From assembly GCA_003427395.1 (NCBI GenBank), contig BFEA01000020.1, forward strand, positions 3,121,986 to 3,185,985: a stretch of 64,000 bases of DNA, in the 5' to 3' direction. The DNA is from Chara braunii. Taxonomy: Eukaryota > Plantae > Charophyceae. The position numbers and the translations under genes were made by a program. Positions 61,201 through 64,000 of the stretch are shown here, in pieces (positions within the stretch are counted from its first letter, which is position 1; every line of letters starts with the position of its first letter). The notes under the pieces are model-generated. The model saw only the letters and a program-made list of their open reading frames with translations, did no database searches and had not been told where the DNA came from.

Positions 61201-63203
61201 GAGCGTGGCGTTCNTCCANCGATATACAACTTTCTATTTTGTAANGGAACGCCNCCCCGCTAGTAATAGGGACTAAGGCGTCTAGGGCCGNTGTGACCCT
61301 ANGGCAATAACCTGACATTTTTCNTTCCCTATCACNGAGGTCACTCTAGGCTCATCCGGACCCCNAGTCGTGGCCATCGTCCCTCGACATAATCTTCTAT
61401 TTCGGTAGCGCTCCTGAAGTACCCCACCCTTTCCTCAGGAAAATCTGCGGCGTCTTCCCACTCTTCACGGTCGTCGTCCCTTAACCGTTCCCACTCGGCT
61501 AGATCCCAATCTTCTTCCCCGTACTTTATGTCCTCGTCGTTTACTGCCTCTGTCCCTTCGTAGTATGTCCGGAGTTCGAAGAACCCAATTAGTGACCCTT
61601 CCCTAACCGACGAGTCGTATCCAGGAGTCCCGTATAACTCGGCTATACGAGCTAGGTGGCTCGGCGGCAACTTAGGGCTCTATCCAAAGCGGTCCAGATT
61701 TCGGCCAGTTGATCAAACCTCGGCGCCTCTCTTAGACCTCTAGGTGAAATAGCTCTAATTAGCTCTACCAATTCTAAAGCCGACGCCCCGAACCTGGGCC
61801 CTTCCTTCCAGAGCGCGTAGTAAGCGTAATCTTCGTCACTGTTCCTCAAAAGGTTTCTAATCTCGAGGAAGGCTCGGTAGACCTCAATAAGGCGGCCAAG
61901 CCCCCTTAGAAAGCCTTCCAAGACAAAACCCGGGACGGGTAGCCTCAAGGCTTGTTCGGGTTGGGGCAAGAACCCTTCCCTAGCCAGTCGAAGTGATACC
62001 ACTACCGACCTATAGTCCCTGTCGTAGCAGCGTTCCTTCCCCCTTAGCTTGTCGACCACTTCCTGCAGTATGCGTCGCGCTGTTACCTCGTCTGCCCAAG
62101 TATGAGAGTCGAGACTCAGAATTACCCCTAAGATCGGATCCCACCGACTTCGTTCTACGGCTTGGAAAACTATGTCCGCTAGAACGGAAAACTGATAGTA
62201 GACGAAACCTCTGATCGCCAATTCCAGATATTCTTCTATTAGCCTGCCTCTCCTGTCAAACTCACACCCTACCTGGGGCGCGACCAGCAACCAGACCCCC
62301 GGCCTCAATAGGATAGATCTCTACTCCTTATCTACTTTATCCAGATATCCTCGCCTGACAGCTTACCCGGGTAAGGTAAATTCCACCCAATCTTCTCCAA
62401 TGAACTCGGGTTCCTTATAGTCGAAGTGGCAAAGCTCAACTGGGTGCTCTATCTCGCCGTGAGGCATCTAGTCGTCCGCGGAGCTCCCGTCTAAAATTTT
62501 GCCCCTGTCTATCTCCCCACTTATCTCCGCTCTCCTTACCTCGTCTCTCCTTACCTCGTCTCTCCTTACCTCGTCTCTGACCCTGTACACGACTCTGCGC
62601 AACTGTCTATGTGTGGGAATCGCTCGGTCTAGACAATAAAGAAGTAACCAGGTTAGCTCAACGGCAGTTATCCTAAACTGTGTTGCCCTCTGCACTACAG
62701 CGAGTAGCCTCTGATGTCTCTCCTTATCGCCAAAGACTACTGTGAGGAATCTAGGAACAATAACCGCTCTAACAGACATAGCTCTAGGGAGCTCCCAGTC
62801 GTACGCAAAACGCACCGTGTAGAAGGCTACCGAGTCGGCCTCCGCTCCTCTCCACAAACTCACTGAACACTCTCGCACCGAATCTACGTGCTAATGATGT
62901 CAGGCATAAGAGAGTGTGATAACGACGGGCAGTCCCTATTACTGGATACCTCCACTCCTCCTCTGGGAGATATAGTCTAACGTTCACATCTGCGCGAAGA
63001 GGTTTGCTAGCCCTGTCCCTTCTAACACATACTCTAGGCTCCGCCTCAATTCTCACCCACAGGAAGACGCCCTCTCGTATGACTAGACCTCGCTGTTCAG
63101 ACGACCTATACTTGCTCGACCCTTCCAAAGGAAGACTGATGACGTCACAGAAGCCGCTCCGTTCAACGAGATGTACTTGAGACTCCGATTCGATGTAAAC
63201 CAT
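58262..63203 (-). pseudogene. ~5 kb of contiguous, decayed accessory coding sequence upstream of gag (unknown proteins, internally repeated domain)
   Basis: Near-abutting minus-strand ORFs 62784-63203, 62468-62878, 61652-62308, 61341-61670, 60947-61318, 60139-60477, 59832-60161, 59292-59567, 59036-59311, 58352-58780; the first ATG follows TTTTTTATTTTGCTTAG-GA. Confidence 0.7.
62530..62578 (-). repeat. 15-bp in-frame tandem repeat (DEVRR x3)
   Basis: CTCTCCTTACCTCGT x3. Confidence 0.9.
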
Positions 63204-64000
63204 TCCTAAGCAAAATAAAAAACGGTTCTCTCTCAGTATGTCACTCCCTGTGCCACTCTTAGACTATTGAGCTCACAGACCCCCACGACAGGCCTCCTCT
63301 GATCACCCCTGTATCCCTTCAAGACGTCAACAGGCCTAGAAGAGAACCGCCCTGTAGCGTATCTCTCCCTACCCTCATGTCAAGAAGGAGGTCGGATCAA
63401 TGTGCCATCGTCGCTGGCCTACCTTCCCTGTCGCGACCTGAGCACAAGCCGGCCAACTCATGTGCTCTAGGGTGGACCGAAGTCACACGCGGATAGGGAG
63501 GCGGTGTCTCACTCGTGCATCCTCACTCCTATCCATGCCTCTACTCGGCCCACCTCAGGCATGGTCTCACATCCCGACTCGTGCTATGAATCAATCCCCC
63601 CCGCTATCCATCAGAATCGACTAGCCCCTGCCCAACTCCTTGCAAATCCGGGGCGCTTCTCCCCTCCCCTTCAGTCCCTTCACGTCGTCCCCTGCTCACG
63701 GTTCTCTCTCTTAGATTCAATATCTGGGTGGACTGACCAAAGGGTAGGGAAAATCAGAATGACGTCCCTCGATCACAAGAAAGGCAATAGGAATAAAACG
63801 CATGAAAGACGAGAAGAAAGCAGGAATCAGCGAAACCACGAAATGCAGAAATCACAATCTCACCGGTGAACGTCGATCATAGGTCGATGGGGGTGTCGTC
63901 TGCCCGCTCGTGCCCGTACTTATGCATTCGGACCACTGGCCAACTGCTTAGCCCCCTCCGTCTGCCCTGTCCCAATCAAATCCCTGTCCTGATCCTCTCA

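Larger units (their letters stand above)
53816..64000 (-). mobile_element. Ty3/Gypsy element C: accessory ORF region, gag, protease, RT, RNase H; integrase missing, 5' LTR/PBS probably beyond the window
   Basis: See component features. Confidence 0.85.

Overview
Eukaryotic, repeat-dense, gapped sequence with no intact host gene. The style fits the very long Ty3/Gypsy elements described for the charophyte Chara braunii (Chbra-Gypsy); the species assignment is my inference. Left to right: (i) two inverted ~6-kb arrays of one ~90-bp satellite (1-6440 +, 14030-20000 -) around a unique spacer; (ii) a MITE with an 8-bp TSD (20220-21545); (iii) a plus-strand Gypsy element (A) whose integrase is split by a 6.8-kb TG...CA solo LTR with TSD (22551-29375), followed by a Gag-like extra ORF behind a splice acceptor and an LTR starting at 34871; (iv) a palindromic 88-bp satellite; (v) a minus-strand Gypsy element (B) with gag-pro-RT, a tRNA-Asp-type PBS and a 7.2-kb 5' LTR (45332-52509); (vi) a minus-strand Gypsy element (C) with ~5 kb of accessory coding sequence upstream of gag. 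The most interesting signal is that three related giant LTRs share termini and a terminal hairpin but carry different cargo. One has acceptor-led orphan ORFs plus a type III hammerhead ribozyme. One has an array of 10 RNA hairpins with a conserved core and covarying stems. One has a sense/antisense mosaic of degenerate LSU rRNA fragments. Elements B and C also share a -1 slippery site between protease and RT. All alignments and folds were done by eye; boundaries marked approximate are estimates.
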